Translations under genes and position numbers: made by a program | NCBI GenBank assembly: GCA_963768045.1 | Contig: CAVYGG010000005.1 | Location: 487,269-551,268 of the forward strand | DNA length: 64,000 nt | Direction: 5' to 3' | Source of the DNA: an uncultured Actinomycetota bacterium | GTDB taxonomy: Bacteria; Actinomycetota; Actinomycetes; Propionibacteriales; Nocardioidaceae | Part shown: one piece after another, positions 38,653-49,064 of the stretch | Position numbering within the stretch: position 1 is the stretch's first letter | How the letters are laid out: each line of letters starts with the position of its first letter | The notes under the pieces: generated by a model | What the model was told of the DNA's origin: nothing | Seen by the model: only the letters and a program-made list of their open reading frames with translations | Database searches by the model: none

Positions 38653-39696
38653 TCACGGAGCGAACTCCATCACGACTTTGATGTCGTCGGCAGTCCTGCT
38701 CAGCGCCTGGTCGACATTGTCGGGGCCGACGCGCCGCGTGATCAGCCCTTCGAGCCAGGCCCGGTCGGCCCTGGCGAGGGCTGCTGCGCCTCGGTAGTAG
38801 TGACGACGATTGGCGTTCACCGAGCCGAACACCGCGAGATTCTTGAGCACGGCGTCGTTGGCGAGTGACGCGGGACCAGGAGTGGGCGTGGAAGGGGCGG
38901 ACCCGATCCCGGTCAGGCACAGGATCCCTCCCGGCGCCAGTGCGTCGGCCGCCTGCTGGATCAGGGGTGACACACCAGTGCACTCGACCACGATGTCCGG
39001 GTCGAAGTCCAGGTCGGCGATCAGGCCCGTGTGGTACGTCGCTCCAAGCCCATGGACGAGCTCCGGTTTTCTCCCTGTCGTGACCCGGTCGAGCACATGG
39101 ATCTCGAGGCCCCATTGTTGTCCGATCATGGCCGCGAGCAAACCGATCGGCCCCGCACCGACGACCAGCACGGTGCGCGGATCCCAGAAGGTCCGCCGGC
39201 CGATGGCCAGGATCTGCTCCCATGCCTTGGCCACGACCGTCGTCGGTTCCAGAAGGACTCCGACGACACCGAGGCTCTGGTCCACCTTGACGACGTACTC
39301 CGGCTCGATCCGCCAACGCTCCGACATGAACCCGTGAACCTGCTTGATCCCGCGCTCTGAGTACGCACCGTTGGAGCACATGTCCCACTCGCCCACGGCA
39401 CAGTTCGGACAGGGTGCCGGATCCGGCCGCCGAACGATCCCCACGACATGGTCACCGACCGCCAACCCCGTCGGCCCGGGGTCGAGCACCCTCCCCAGCG
39501 ACTCGTGGCCGAGGATCAGTCGGTGCTCGCCGAGCGGCGCCCACCCGTAGTCTCCGGATCCGATCTCGACATCCGTGCCGCAGACACCAACCGCCAGCGC
39601 CTCGACCACGACCGAGCCGAGCTCGGCGCTCGGCTCGGGAACGTCGTCCAGCTTCGCCGAGCCGCGTTGCCCCGGTTCCACCGTCACTGCGTGCAT
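38653..39696 (-). CDS. Zn-dependent glucose 1-dehydrogenase (MDR family)
   Basis: GVCGTD, GHESLG, C..C......C, ERGIK..HGFM.E, LLEP, GAGPIG, GSVNAN. Confidence 0.88.
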   Translation of the reverse strand: MHAVTVEPGQRGSAKLDDVPEPSAELGSVVVEALAVGVCGTDVEIGSGDYGWAPLGEHRLILGHESLGRVLDPGPTGLAVGDHVVGIVRRPDPAPCPNCAVGEWDMCSNGAYSERGIKQVHGFMSERWRIEPEYVVKVDQSLGVVGVLLEPTTVVAKAWEQILAIGRRTFWDPRTVLVVGAGPIGLLAAMIGQQWGLEIHVLDRVTTGRKPELVHGLGATYHTGLIADLDFDPDIVVECTGVSPLIQQAADALAPGGILCLTGIGSAPSTPTPGPASLANDAVLKNLAVFGSVNANRRHYYRGAAALARADRAWLEGLITRRVGPDNVDQALSRTADDIKVVMEFAP

Positions 39697-39783
39697 GGCC
39701 GCCTCATTTCGGTCGATCGAGTCTGGCCCGGGCCGAGGACAGCAGGCATCCCCTTCGGCGGATGAGCCTCCCGTGCAGAGCTG

Positions 39784-41106
39784 TTACGTGTCGGTCGGCG
39801 GAGTTGCGGCGTGAGGCGTCGGCGCTGTATCGGCCATGTCGTCGTCGCCGGGGCTGTCGATCGCAGTGGTGTCCCGGGCTCTGCCCCCAGCTGCACGACC
39901 CAACCCCACCAGCATCTGCACGGCTGCGAGGAGCACGATCACCACGACGGTCGCCCAGAACAACCTGGTGGGGGACGCCTCGTTGCCCCAGAGCAGGACG
40001 ACGACGCCCAGTACGCCGATCGCGATGCGCAACCAGCCCGCGTTGCTCGCTGTCCAGCGGCCGGCTGCGGCGGCGGAACTGTCACCGAGCGACGAGCCGA
40101 CCGACTCCAGGTTGCGGCTCAGTGTCGACCGGACGGAGGTGCCCAGCTTCGTGTGGCCGGTGAACCAGCCGATGAACATCAGGATCAGTCCGACCCAGAG
40201 GAGCGTGCGCTGACTTCGTTCGAGATACGAGAGCAGCTGGTCGAAGAAGACCTTGCTCGCTGGACCGAACACCGTGCCCGTCAGCTGGTTGACGAACAGC
40301 TGTCGGCTGATCGACAGCAGAAGTGCTACGAGCAGTGAGTTCGCAGCGAGGAGCGCACCGATGATGACCGTCATCCTCGGTCGGCGACGGGACAGCATGA
40401 GTGCGGCCAGGTACAGGACCGCGACAACCACGAGAAGCCACTTGGCCACCGGGTTCGCGAACGCGTAGATGTTCTGCAGCTGGTTCAGCTGGGGTGCCTC
40501 CAGAAGCACGATCTCCCGGTTCTCCGCGGGGAGCGGCGGGGCGTTCTGGACGATCGTGAGCCCGCGGTCGACCAGACGTTGCTTGACCTGGTCGATGACG
40601 TCGGAGAGGTCGAGGACGAGCGCCCCGTTCTGGATGGACACGGCCCCCGATTCGTCCCCCTTCAGCACCCGGACCAGCGCCTCCTGCGCCCTCGTGTTGG
40701 CCGCTACCCAGAACTCCGCGAAGGCGTCGGAGGCTATGAACGCTCGTACCTGGGACTCGATCAGCCCGTTCACGGCTCCGGCGAGAGGACCGACCAGGGC
40801 CTGGAGGCGTGGCTTGCTCTTGATGACGTCGGCGAAAACTTGGTTGAGCAGGGCCTCGACGTCCACCTGCGACTCGAGGGCGTCCGTCACCTTGGTCGTG
40901 ATGGCCGCCTGCACCTCGGGCGAGTTCACGAGCGGCCCCACCGTTGCGACGTACCTCTGGCCGTCGTTGATGGTGCGCTGGCCCCAGTACGCGAAGGACG
41001 CGGGCACCGTGAGGATGGCGGCGAGGATGAGGCAGATGACCGCAGCGATTGATCTTCCGCGTGTCGGACGCGCGGTCGGCGGTGGTACGGATGCGGTCTC
41101 TGCCAT
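39784..41106 (-). CDS. Hypothetical integral membrane protein
   Basis: N-terminal TM, extracellular helical region (YVATVGPL..P.VQ), five C-terminal TMs; GGAGGA RBS. Confidence 0.75.
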   Translation of the reverse strand: MAETASVPPPTARPTRGRSIAAVICLILAAILTVPASFAYWGQRTINDGQRYVATVGPLVNSPEVQAAITTKVTDALESQVDVEALLNQVFADVIKSKPRLQALVGPLAGAVNGLIESQVRAFIASDAFAEFWVAANTRAQEALVRVLKGDESGAVSIQNGALVLDLSDVIDQVKQRLVDRGLTIVQNAPPLPAENREIVLLEAPQLNQLQNIYAFANPVAKWLLVVVAVLYLAALMLSRRRPRMTVIIGALLAANSLLVALLLSISRQLFVNQLTGTVFGPASKVFFDQLLSYLERSQRTLLWVGLILMFIGWFTGHTKLGTSVRSTLSRNLESVGSSLGDSSAAAAGRWTASNAGWLRIAIGVLGVVVLLWGNEASPTRLFWATVVVIVLLAAVQMLVGLGRAAGGRARDTTAIDSPGDDDMADTAPTPHAATPPTDT

Positions 41107-41237
41107 CAGACGTTCCTCCCGCGCCTCACCGGGGACGCGTGACGACCAGCGCTCAGCCTCGGGCTTGCGGCTGACTGGTTTCGCGCCGTGCTGGGCGCCC
41201 GTTGGTCGACCGTAGAGCGCCCGTGTGGTCCGGCCCA

Positions 41238-41254
41238 TCGTCCGGGGTGGATGA
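41238..41254. promoter_or_regulatory. Regulon box TCGTCC-GGGGT-GGATGA
   Basis: One mismatch; upstream of the gene starting at 41106. A weaker copy TCCCCT-TCGGC-GGATGA at 39749-39765 precedes the glucose dehydrogenase. Confidence 0.6.
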
Positions 41255-41335
41255 TCCAGCCGCGTGGTCGCTCAGGAACCGCCACCGCCGGAGTCAGAGG
41301 TTGCTCACCGGATGCCCGCCTGTGCCGCCGGCCGG

Positions 41336-42676
41336 TCAATGCGCGCTCGCGACGGCCCGGTCGAGGAGTCCGGCTCGAGCTGAGAGCAGCTCCTCCCCGA
41401 CAATCGCGGCGACGGCGGCCAGGATGACGACCGGCATCAGATCGGTCGCGGCACTGCCCAGGAGGAGGACCACGAGCAAGATTCCGGTCACCGGGAGCCC
41501 GGTGACCGCAACCCCGGCGGCCATCCCGATCGCAAGACCGGGCACCGCGCCGAGACCCGGTAGCAGGTCGACCGCGACCGTGCCGAACACGGCGCCGATG
41601 AAGATCGCGGGGAACACGGGCCCGCCACGGAACACTCCGATGCACAGGGCGTAGGCGATGCTCTTGGTGCCCAACAGCATCACCAGGGCACCTGTCGACC
41701 ACGCCTCCGGGTGGGCGGACAGCGTCGACAGGGTGGCCTGACCGGACAGGGCGACCTGCTCCGGTGAGTGGCCGGTCACCACGCTGTAGAGGGCGGCGCT
41801 GCAGCCGGCGAGCAGGCCGGCGCCGATCGTGGTCGCCAAGAGGTGAGTGCCGGCGAGTTCCGCGAGGCGTCGTCCTACGACGAAGACACACCAGGTCAGG
41901 AACGCGACTGCCAGCCCGAGGGGGATCGCCCAGACGACGTCGGCGACCTCGAGCTGGACCGGCTTCAGCCCGGGGACGGCCAAGGAGCCGATGGACAGTC
42001 CGGTCCAGTCTCCGAGCCCGGTGAACACCAGGGCGCCGACGCCACTCGACACCAGGCAGGGCAGGAGGAGCAGCATGGCCTGGCGACGGGCCAGACCGAC
42101 CACTTCGACGAACATCACGGCCGCGACGAGGGGGTTACCGAAGATCGCCGAGATCGAGGCCGCGGACCCGGCGGCTCCGATCGTGGCGCTGGCACGGGCA
42201 TGGCCGTGGACGGGGCTCCACCGGACGGCGAGGAGTGCGAGGCCGCTGCCCATCGCGATCAGGGGCCCCTCGGGGCCGACCACGGCACCCAGCACCAGGC
42301 TCGCAGCCGCCGCCAGGACCACCCCGGGCAACGCGTTCGGCGGTGTGACCCCACCGGCCAGGCCCATGGCCGGCACGTGGCCGCCATGTCCGGGCAGGTG
42401 CTTCACGACGAGCGCGACGAGGAGGCCGGCGAGCCCGATGGTGAGGATCGGCCACCAGGACGGCAGCTCGTGATAGCCGAGGTTCTCGGGGAGGCTGTGC
42501 CACACGACGTGCTGGAGCTGGTGCACGGCGGCCAGGAAGCCGAAGGCGACCACCGACAGCGGGATGCCGATCAACGCCGAGATCAGTAGCAGCGTGAGAT
42601 AGCCACGACTGTGGAGGAAGGTACCGATCCCCCCGGCGGGTTCCTCGCTGTCGCCGTGCGACGCCTCGGCGCTCAT
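41336..42676 (-). CDS. ClC-family chloride channel protein
   Basis: PGHGGHVP, VGPEGP (gating Glu motif), GVFRGGPVFP; many TMs. Confidence 0.85.
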   Translation of the reverse strand: MSAEASHGDSEEPAGGIGTFLHSRGYLTLLLISALIGIPLSVVAFGFLAAVHQLQHVVWHSLPENLGYHELPSWWPILTIGLAGLLVALVVKHLPGHGGHVPAMGLAGGVTPPNALPGVVLAAAASLVLGAVVGPEGPLIAMGSGLALLAVRWSPVHGHARASATIGAAGSAASISAIFGNPLVAAVMFVEVVGLARRQAMLLLLPCLVSSGVGALVFTGLGDWTGLSIGSLAVPGLKPVQLEVADVVWAIPLGLAVAFLTWCVFVVGRRLAELAGTHLLATTIGAGLLAGCSAALYSVVTGHSPEQVALSGQATLSTLSAHPEAWSTGALVMLLGTKSIAYALCIGVFRGGPVFPAIFIGAVFGTVAVDLLPGLGAVPGLAIGMAAGVAVTGLPVTGILLVVLLLGSAATDLMPVVILAAVAAIVGEELLSARAGLLDRAVASAH

Positions 42677-42763
42677 TCGCGGAGACTACTGGACCTCGAA
42701 GAGTCCCTTGCTCGTCCCGCGCGGAGCACGCTCCGGCGGCCGAGGGCCCGACATGACCGCAAC

Positions 42764-44836
42764 ATGATCTGGAGGCGTCATGGACGAGGACACGCGCCCG
42801 TAGGGCCGCAGCCGACGACGAAGGGCGTGCCATCATGGACCGTGCCGAGCGTCCGCTGGGCCGACGTCGTGCGGCTCCTTGCGTCGTGGGTCCTCAGTTT
42901 CCTCTCGCTGCTGCTGACCGCGGAGCTTCTCCCGGGTTTCACCTACACGTCGTGGGTGCCGCTGCTGGTCGCGGCGGCCGTCACTGGCCTCGTCGGCATG
43001 ATCGTGCGCCCGGTGCTCGTCGAGCTGAGTGCGGTGATCGGCTGGATCGCTGTGGCCTTGGCGACGCTGTTCGGACAGGCCATCGTGATTCAGATTGCCT
43101 TGTCGGTGGTGCCCGGCGTCGCGTTCGACTCCTTCTGGACCGCGGTCGCAGCGGCTTGGATCACAGCGGCCTTCGGGACCTTGCTCGCGTGGATCTTCAG
43201 CGCCGGCACGGATGACTCGTTCGTGGCCAGCCTGAGCCGGATCAAGCCCGGTCAGGTGACCGACCCCGACGTGGACGGCGTGGTCTTCCTCCAGTTCGAC
43301 GGCGTCTCGTTCCCGGTCATCCACTGGGCGCTCACGTCCGGGACGATGCCGACCTTGCGCCGGTGGGTGGACGCGGGTGCGCAGCTCGCTCACGAGTGGA
43401 CGGTCCAGCTGCCGTGTACGACGCCCGCGAGCCAGCAGGCGATCCTGATGGGCACGTCGGACCGCGTGCCGGCGTTCCGGTGGTACGACCGGGAGCTGGG
43501 CCGCTTGCTGGTCGCCAACCGCCCCGACGACGCGGCGATCATCGAGCGGCGTGCCAGCAGCGGGCTCGGGCTGCTGGCCGACGACGGCGTCTCGATCTCC
43601 AACATCTTCACCGGTGACGCGCCGAGGGCTGCCATGACCATGAGCAGGCTCGAGATCGCTCGCGGGTCACGTCGGACGCGCAAGGTGTTCGCCCGCTTCC
43701 TGCTGCGCCCCGATGGACTGTGCCGCAGCCTCGCCCGCACCGTCGCCGAGGTCGTTCGTGAGCGCTTCCAGGCGGTCAAGCAGAAGCGGCTCGACGTGCA
43801 CCCTCGGGTCCATCGCTCGTGGACCTTTGCCGGGCTTCGAGCCTTCAGCAACGGGCTGCTCCGCGACCTCAACACCACGTTGGTGAGCGAGGAGATGATG
43901 CGCGGCGCCAAGAGCATCTACGTCGACTACGTCGACTACGACGAGATCGCCCACCACGCGGGCTCCACCAGGATCGAGTCCCTCGCGGCGCTCACCGGCC
44001 TCGACCATGTGCTCGCCGTGCTCGAGAGGATCGAACGGCGCGCCCCGCGGCGCTATCGCTTCGTGCTGCTCAGCGACCACGGCCAGAGCCAGGGAGAGCC
44101 GTTCGCGTCCCGCTACGGCACCGACCTGAGTGAGCTGTGCCGAAACCTGACCGCATCGACGACGACCGGCGTTGAAGGCAGCATCGAGGGCTGGGGACGC
44201 GTCGACTCGGTGCTCGAGGACCTTGCCGGCTCCGGCGGGTCGAGTATGCAGAAGGCCGCATCTCGTCGGGTCGAGCGGAAGATGCAGCCGGCGGCCGAGC
44301 CTGATGTCGAGCTGATCGTGCTCGGGAGCGGCAACCTCGGGTTGGTCTACGTCCCCGGACCCGAGCGGCTCACGCTGGAGGAACTGGAGGCGCGCTGGCC
44401 CGAGCTGGTGCCCGGCTTGGCCGGACACCCTGGTATCGGGTTTGTGGCCGCGCTGGGCGACGACGGTCCGGTGGCCATCGGCGTTGACGGGCGGCACCAC
44501 CTCGCGACCGGTCTCGTCGAGGGAGTCGACCCGCTGATCCCGTTCGGGGCGCACGCCGCCGCAATGCTGCTGGCGGCGACGTTGATGAAGGAGGCGCCGG
44601 ATCTCTACGTCAACAGCAGCGTGGATCCGGACACCCTCGACGTGGCGGCCTTCGAGCCGCTGGTCGGTTGCCACGGCGGCTTGGGCGGCTGGCAGGACCG
44701 TGGGTTCGTGGTGGCGCCGCCCGATCTGCTGCAGCCGACGTCGACGATCGTCGGCGGAGAGCAGCTGCACCGCCATCTCGTCGACATCCTGGAAACGCTC
44801 GGGCATCGTGCGGACCTCGTGAGGAGCACACCATGA
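42764..44836 (+). CDS. Holin-IV-like TM domain fused to an alkaline phosphatase/phosphodiesterase-superfamily domain (start uncertain)
   Basis: Four N-terminal TMs; FLQFDG, PCTTPASQ, DYDEIAHHAG, LSDHGQS, HGGLGG metal-binding motifs. Confidence 0.82.
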   Translation: MIWRRHGRGHAPVGPQPTTKGVPSWTVPSVRWADVVRLLASWVLSFLSLLLTAELLPGFTYTSWVPLLVAAAVTGLVGMIVRPVLVELSAVIGWIAVALATLFGQAIVIQIALSVVPGVAFDSFWTAVAAAWITAAFGTLLAWIFSAGTDDSFVASLSRIKPGQVTDPDVDGVVFLQFDGVSFPVIHWALTSGTMPTLRRWVDAGAQLAHEWTVQLPCTTPASQQAILMGTSDRVPAFRWYDRELGRLLVANRPDDAAIIERRASSGLGLLADDGVSISNIFTGDAPRAAMTMSRLEIARGSRRTRKVFARFLLRPDGLCRSLARTVAEVVRERFQAVKQKRLDVHPRVHRSWTFAGLRAFSNGLLRDLNTTLVSEEMMRGAKSIYVDYVDYDEIAHHAGSTRIESLAALTGLDHVLAVLERIERRAPRRYRFVLLSDHGQSQGEPFASRYGTDLSELCRNLTASTTTGVEGSIEGWGRVDSVLEDLAGSGGSSMQKAASRRVERKMQPAAEPDVELIVLGSGNLGLVYVPGPERLTLEELEARWPELVPGLAGHPGIGFVAALGDDGPVAIGVDGRHHLATGLVEGVDPLIPFGAHAAAMLLAATLMKEAPDLYVNSSVDPDTLDVAAFEPLVGCHGGLGGWQDRGFVVAPPDLLQPTSTIVGGEQLHRHLVDILETLGHRADLVRSTP

Positions 44837-45879
44837 ACCAGTCGCGCACCCTCCGGCTGCTCGTTGCAGCCGCCGCCATCGTGATCGTGATCGGCGGGAT
44901 CAGGTCCGCCGCCGGAATCGTGGCGCCGGCCATGCTGGCGCTGGCCCTCACCATGGTGTTCCACCCGATCCGGGCTTCCCTCGAGGGCAAAGTCCCCACG
45001 TGGGTGGCGACCACGGTCGTGCTTCTTGCGGCGTACCTGCTGATCGTGGTCTTCGCGCTCGCCCTCGTGATCTCGCTCGGACAGCTGTCGTCCCTGGTGT
45101 CGACGTACTCACCAGAGCTCAACAGCCATCTCGATGACGCCGGTGGCTGGCTCCAGGGTCGCGGTGTCGACAGTGGCCAGACCGATGCGATGGTCGGTGC
45201 GCTCGACCCCCAGAAGCTCGTCGGGGTCGTCACTTCGTTGCTGGCGAGCATTGCGGATGTGCTCGGCAACCTGTTCTTCGTCGGCACGCTCCTCGCGTTC
45301 CTGGCCGTGGACGCGGCGTACGTCGGACGCCTCACCGAGATCACCCGGGCCCACCGGCCCCAGGTCGTCGACGCGTTGTCATCGTTCGCGCATGGAACGC
45401 GCACCTATCTCGGTGTCTCTGCTGTCTTCGGCCTCATCGTCGCCGTGTGCGATACCGCACTGTTGTGGGCGATGGGCGTGCCAGGCGCTTTCGTCTGGGG
45501 CGTGCTGGCCTTTGTCACCAACTTCATCCCCAACATCGGCTTCGTGATCGGGGTGATCCCTCCGGCCCTGGTCGCCCTGCTGGACAGTGGACCCGGCCTG
45601 ATGCTGGCCGTGATCGCCGTCTACTGCCTCCTCAACTTCGTGATCCAGTCCGTCATCCAGCCGCGCTACGTCGGGGTGGCCGTCGGCCTGTCGACCTCGC
45701 TGACGTTCATGTCGCTCATCCTCTGGACCTGGGTGCTCGGCCCCTTGGGCGCGCTGATGGCCGTCCCCATGAGCTTGTTCTTCAAGGCCATCCTGGTCGA
45801 AGCCGACCCCGACGCGAGGTGGCTCGACCCAGTGATCAGCGGCCGCCCCGATGACCACCCGGCGACAGCGGCGCCATGA
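44833..45879 (+). CDS. AI-2E family transporter
   Basis: FVTNFIPNIG, QSVIQPRYVG..VGLS, WVLGPLGALMAVP. Confidence 0.9.
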   Translation: MNQSRTLRLLVAAAAIVIVIGGIRSAAGIVAPAMLALALTMVFHPIRASLEGKVPTWVATTVVLLAAYLLIVVFALALVISLGQLSSLVSTYSPELNSHLDDAGGWLQGRGVDSGQTDAMVGALDPQKLVGVVTSLLASIADVLGNLFFVGTLLAFLAVDAAYVGRLTEITRAHRPQVVDALSSFAHGTRTYLGVSAVFGLIVAVCDTALLWAMGVPGAFVWGVLAFVTNFIPNIGFVIGVIPPALVALLDSGPGLMLAVIAVYCLLNFVIQSVIQPRYVGVAVGLSTSLTFMSLILWTWVLGPLGALMAVPMSLFFKAILVEADPDARWLDPVISGRPDDHPATAAP

Positions 45880-46361
45880 GACGCCGCAAGGTCACCGCGT
45901 CGCGGCCCGTCTTGATCTCGATCGGCCTGCTCGTCGCGTACTACGCGTTCCCGGCTCAGTGGCATGACTCCTGGATTGTCATCTTCATCAGCCTCGCGGC
46001 CACCGCCGGCGGCCTGGGACTCGTGGGCTGGATGATGGTCAAGGAGCTCGATCGCCTGCGGCACGGCGGTGAGGGACTGACCACCCGGGTACTGGTGATC
46101 TTGCTCGTGATGCTGGTGGTGAGCTTCGCGTTCGCCTTCTTCCTGATCAGCCAGCTCAGCCCCCACCAGTTCGCAGGCCTGTCCACCCGCACGGACGCCC
46201 TCTACTTCACGGTCACGACGATGTCGACGGTGGGATACGGCGATGTGCACGCTTCGGGACAGCTGGCCCGCGCACTGGTGTGCTGCATGATCATCTTCGA
46301 CGTCGTCGTGGTGGCCTCACTGCTGCGGCTCAAGTTCGCGCGGGGTCCGGGACAGAGCTGA
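45876..46361 (+). CDS. Small potassium channel family protein
   Basis: DALYFTVTTMSTVGYGD selectivity filter. Confidence 0.9.
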   Translation: MRRRKVTASRPVLISIGLLVAYYAFPAQWHDSWIVIFISLAATAGGLGLVGWMMVKELDRLRHGGEGLTTRVLVILLVMLVVSFAFAFFLISQLSPHQFAGLSTRTDALYFTVTTMSTVGYGDVHASGQLARALVCCMIIFDVVVVASLLRLKFARGPGQS

Positions 46362-46380
46362 GTGATCGCGACGGCTGTGG

Positions 46381-47358
46381 TCAGTGGGTGTCCGGCACCG
46401 AGGTGACCGGGCGCTCCTCGGGCTCGTAGTCGGCACGGTAGATGTCGGGCTCGAGGTAGACCGACGTCGCAGTTGGCTCCGCACTGCGGATGCCCGACTC
46501 GGCCGCGTCGATCGTGGCGGCGATCTGCTCCGCCGTGCTGCCCTGGTCGACGCCGATCTTGGCGGCCACCAGCAGCTCCTCGGGGCCCAGATGGAGGGTC
46601 TTCAGGTCGATGATCCTCTCGATGCCGAGGGTCGTGGTGAGCGCCGCGATGATCCGGCCCTGCGCCTCGCGTGACGCCGACTCGCCGAGCAGAAGGCTCT
46701 TGGTCTCGATGGCCAGGATGGCGGCCACCACGACGAGCAGGAGCCCGATCATGGCGGTGCCCACGGCGTCGAAGTAGTAGTTGTCGGTCAGCAGGGACAA
46801 CGAGACGGCGAGGAGCGCGAACGCCAGGCCGAGGAGCGCCGCAAGGTCCTCGAGCAGGATGACGGGCAGCTCAGGCTTCTTGGCGCGCCTGATGAACTGC
46901 GTGAACGAGGCCTGCCCGCGGACCTTGTTGGTCTCGATGATCGCCGTCCGGAACGACAGGCTCTCCATCACGATCGCCATACCCAGAACCACGAGCGGGA
47001 CCCACCACCACTTCCCGGGGTCCTCATGATGACCGGTCCGGATCTGATGGAACTTGTGGAAGCCCTCGTAGAGCGCGAAGAGACCGCCCACCGAGAACAA
47101 CACGATCGAGACCACGAAGGCATAGACGTACCGCTCGCGGCCGTAACCGAACGGGTGCTCTTCGGTGGCCTCGCGCCGCGCCTTCTTGCCGCCGAGCAGC
47201 AGCAGTCCTTGGTTGCCCGCGTCCGCGACGGAGTGGATCGCCTCGGCGAGCATCGAGCTGATCCCGGTCAGGAAGAATGCGATGAACTTCGTGATCGCGA
47301 TGCCGGCGTTCGCCAGCAAGGCGGCCACGACCGCTCTGGTGCCTCCGTCCGTCGCCAT
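46381..47358 (-). CDS. Cation diffusion facilitator family transporter
   Basis: SMLAEAIHSVAD, HPFGYGRERY, LLEDLAAL. Confidence 0.92.
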   Translation of the reverse strand: MATDGGTRAVVAALLANAGIAITKFIAFFLTGISSMLAEAIHSVADAGNQGLLLLGGKKARREATEEHPFGYGRERYVYAFVVSIVLFSVGGLFALYEGFHKFHQIRTGHHEDPGKWWWVPLVVLGMAIVMESLSFRTAIIETNKVRGQASFTQFIRRAKKPELPVILLEDLAALLGLAFALLAVSLSLLTDNYYFDAVGTAMIGLLLVVVAAILAIETKSLLLGESASREAQGRIIAALTTTLGIERIIDLKTLHLGPEELLVAAKIGVDQGSTAEQIAATIDAAESGIRSAEPTATSVYLEPDIYRADYEPEERPVTSVPDTH

Positions 47359-47423
47359 GGCCGCAGGTTACCGAAGCCCGGAATCGTCGGAGATGAGCTC
47401 TGGTTGGGTCGAAGGCCGTCGAG

Positions 47424-47894
47424 TCAGCGCGATCGATCGGACCTGATCTCCGCCCCGTGCACGGTGAGCGCCAGGATGACGACCACATCGAGGGCGATCA
47501 TCATCAGCGACCAGAGCGGGTACGCCGCCAGGAATCCCACGTTGACGATGGCGCTCAGCATCGCCACGATCACGCCGACGACCCGTGCCCACGTGCGCCC
47601 GGCAAACACCGCGAAGCCGGCGATCAGGACGATGATTCCGCCGATCAGCTGGACCCAGCCCCAGGCTGTGAAGTCGACGTTGATGACGAGGCCCGACCTG
47701 CCGACGAGGTAGTAGTCGTCGTTGAAGAGTGCAACCAGGCCCTGGATGATGTGGAAGGTGCCGAGCATCGCCATGATCGTCCCGGCGAAGGCGATCCAGC
47801 CGACCCATCCCGAGTAGGCGTCGTATCCCGGCTGTCCCGGCGACGGTTGCTCATCGGGGTCCATCGGGGACATCGGAGATGCGGGCTCGGTCAT
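47424..47894 (-). CDS. Four-TM membrane protein (DUF7144-like)
   Basis: GWIAFAG..., QGLVAL, DFTAWGW, WARVVGV, AYPLWS. Confidence 0.82.
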   Translation of the reverse strand: MTEPASPMSPMDPDEQPSPGQPGYDAYSGWVGWIAFAGTIMAMLGTFHIIQGLVALFNDDYYLVGRSGLVINVDFTAWGWVQLIGGIIVLIAGFAVFAGRTWARVVGVIVAMLSAIVNVGFLAAYPLWSLMMIALDVVVILALTVHGAEIRSDRSR

Positions 47895-47955
47895 GGCGTT
47901 CCTCTCGTGCCGGCGTACGTGCGGCGAGCATGTCCCCGGCGTCCTGGCGCCTGCA

Positions 47956-47972
47956 TCATCCCGAGCGGATGA
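47956..47972. promoter_or_regulatory. Palindromic motif TCATCC-CGAGC-GGATGA (regulon box, exact)
   Basis: About 60 bp upstream of the start at 47894. Confidence 0.7.
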
Positions 47973-48036
47973 CGAGGTGCGGTGCGCCGTTGGGCTGGGC
48001 GAGAACCGCCTCGAGACCGTCCGGTTGTGGGTTGGA

Positions 48037-48822
48037 TCAGGGGTTGGCATGGTCCAGCGGTGTCGGGACCCCGATCTCCAGAATCATCGACTTGCACTGC
48101 GGTGCCACTGCCTCGAGGGCGCTCGCGAACTCCGGTCCCGGGCGGTCCATCCAGCCGCGCGGATACCGCTGGCCCCCGGGTGTGTGGAGGCTTCCCCAGT
48201 GCACGGGGATCGCGCAGGCGGCTCCGACACGGAGGCAGGCCTCGGCCGCCTGCTCCGGGCCCATGTGTCCTCCGGAGAGCCGAGGACCCCAGCCGGACAC
48301 CGGGACGATGGCGAGGTCGATGGGTCCACCTGCCTGTTCGGGGAGCTCCGACAGACCGTCGAACAGCTCCGTGTCGCCGGCGAGCCAGATCCTGGAGGAC
48401 GGCGCGTCCACCAGGTGACCGTTCGCCGCATTCGGTCGGTGCGGCATCGGTCGTGCGGAGTGCACGGCGGCGCACAGGGTGACTCGCACTCCGGCATCAG
48501 CGGGGCCCACACGGATCCACTCTCCATCGGCAGGGGCGACGGCGGCGAGGTTGCGCTTGCGCAGCCACGCAACGTTCGCCGCTCCCGTGATGACCGGAGC
48601 AGCGGGAGGGAGCAGGCGAAGAGACCGGAGCTCGGCATGGTCGTGGTGGAGGTGTGACAGGAGCACGACGTCAGCGCCGTTCCAGTGAGCAGGCATGGGA
48701 CGGCCTCCCCGCCGCCGCAGGGGCCCCGCATGGCGGCGCAGGAGCGGATCCGCGATGAGCCGGACACCGTCGACATCGAGGACGACCGTGGAGTGACCCA
48801 GCCACGTCACGGTGGTGTTCAC
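48037..48822 (-). CDS. MBL-fold metallo-hydrolase
   Basis: TWLGHSTV, SHLHHDH, AGDT, PVHWG. Confidence 0.88.
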   Translation of the reverse strand: MNTTVTWLGHSTVVLDVDGVRLIADPLLRRHAGPLRRRGGRPMPAHWNGADVVLLSHLHHDHAELRSLRLLPPAAPVITGAANVAWLRKRNLAAVAPADGEWIRVGPADAGVRVTLCAAVHSARPMPHRPNAANGHLVDAPSSRIWLAGDTELFDGLSELPEQAGGPIDLAIVPVSGWGPRLSGGHMGPEQAAEACLRVGAACAIPVHWGSLHTPGGQRYPRGWMDRPGPEFASALEAVAPQCKSMILEIGVPTPLDHANP

Positions 48823-49064
48823 GCGGGATTCTCCCGCCCGTCGCCTGGCACGGTTTGAGTGTGCTCGCCGCGGAGGCCCACCGCGTCCTCCGATGATGAT
48901 GATGCTGGCCGACGGAGGAAGAGGCATGTGCAGGCATTTCCTACGCGGACGAAGAATGCGAACATCGCCGGCTCGGAGTAGCGTTCCGGCCGTGCCTTGA
49001 CCCCAGACCCGCTCACGGCACAGTGCGCGTCGCTTGGGAGTAGTGGCCAGGGAGGGCACGCCGT

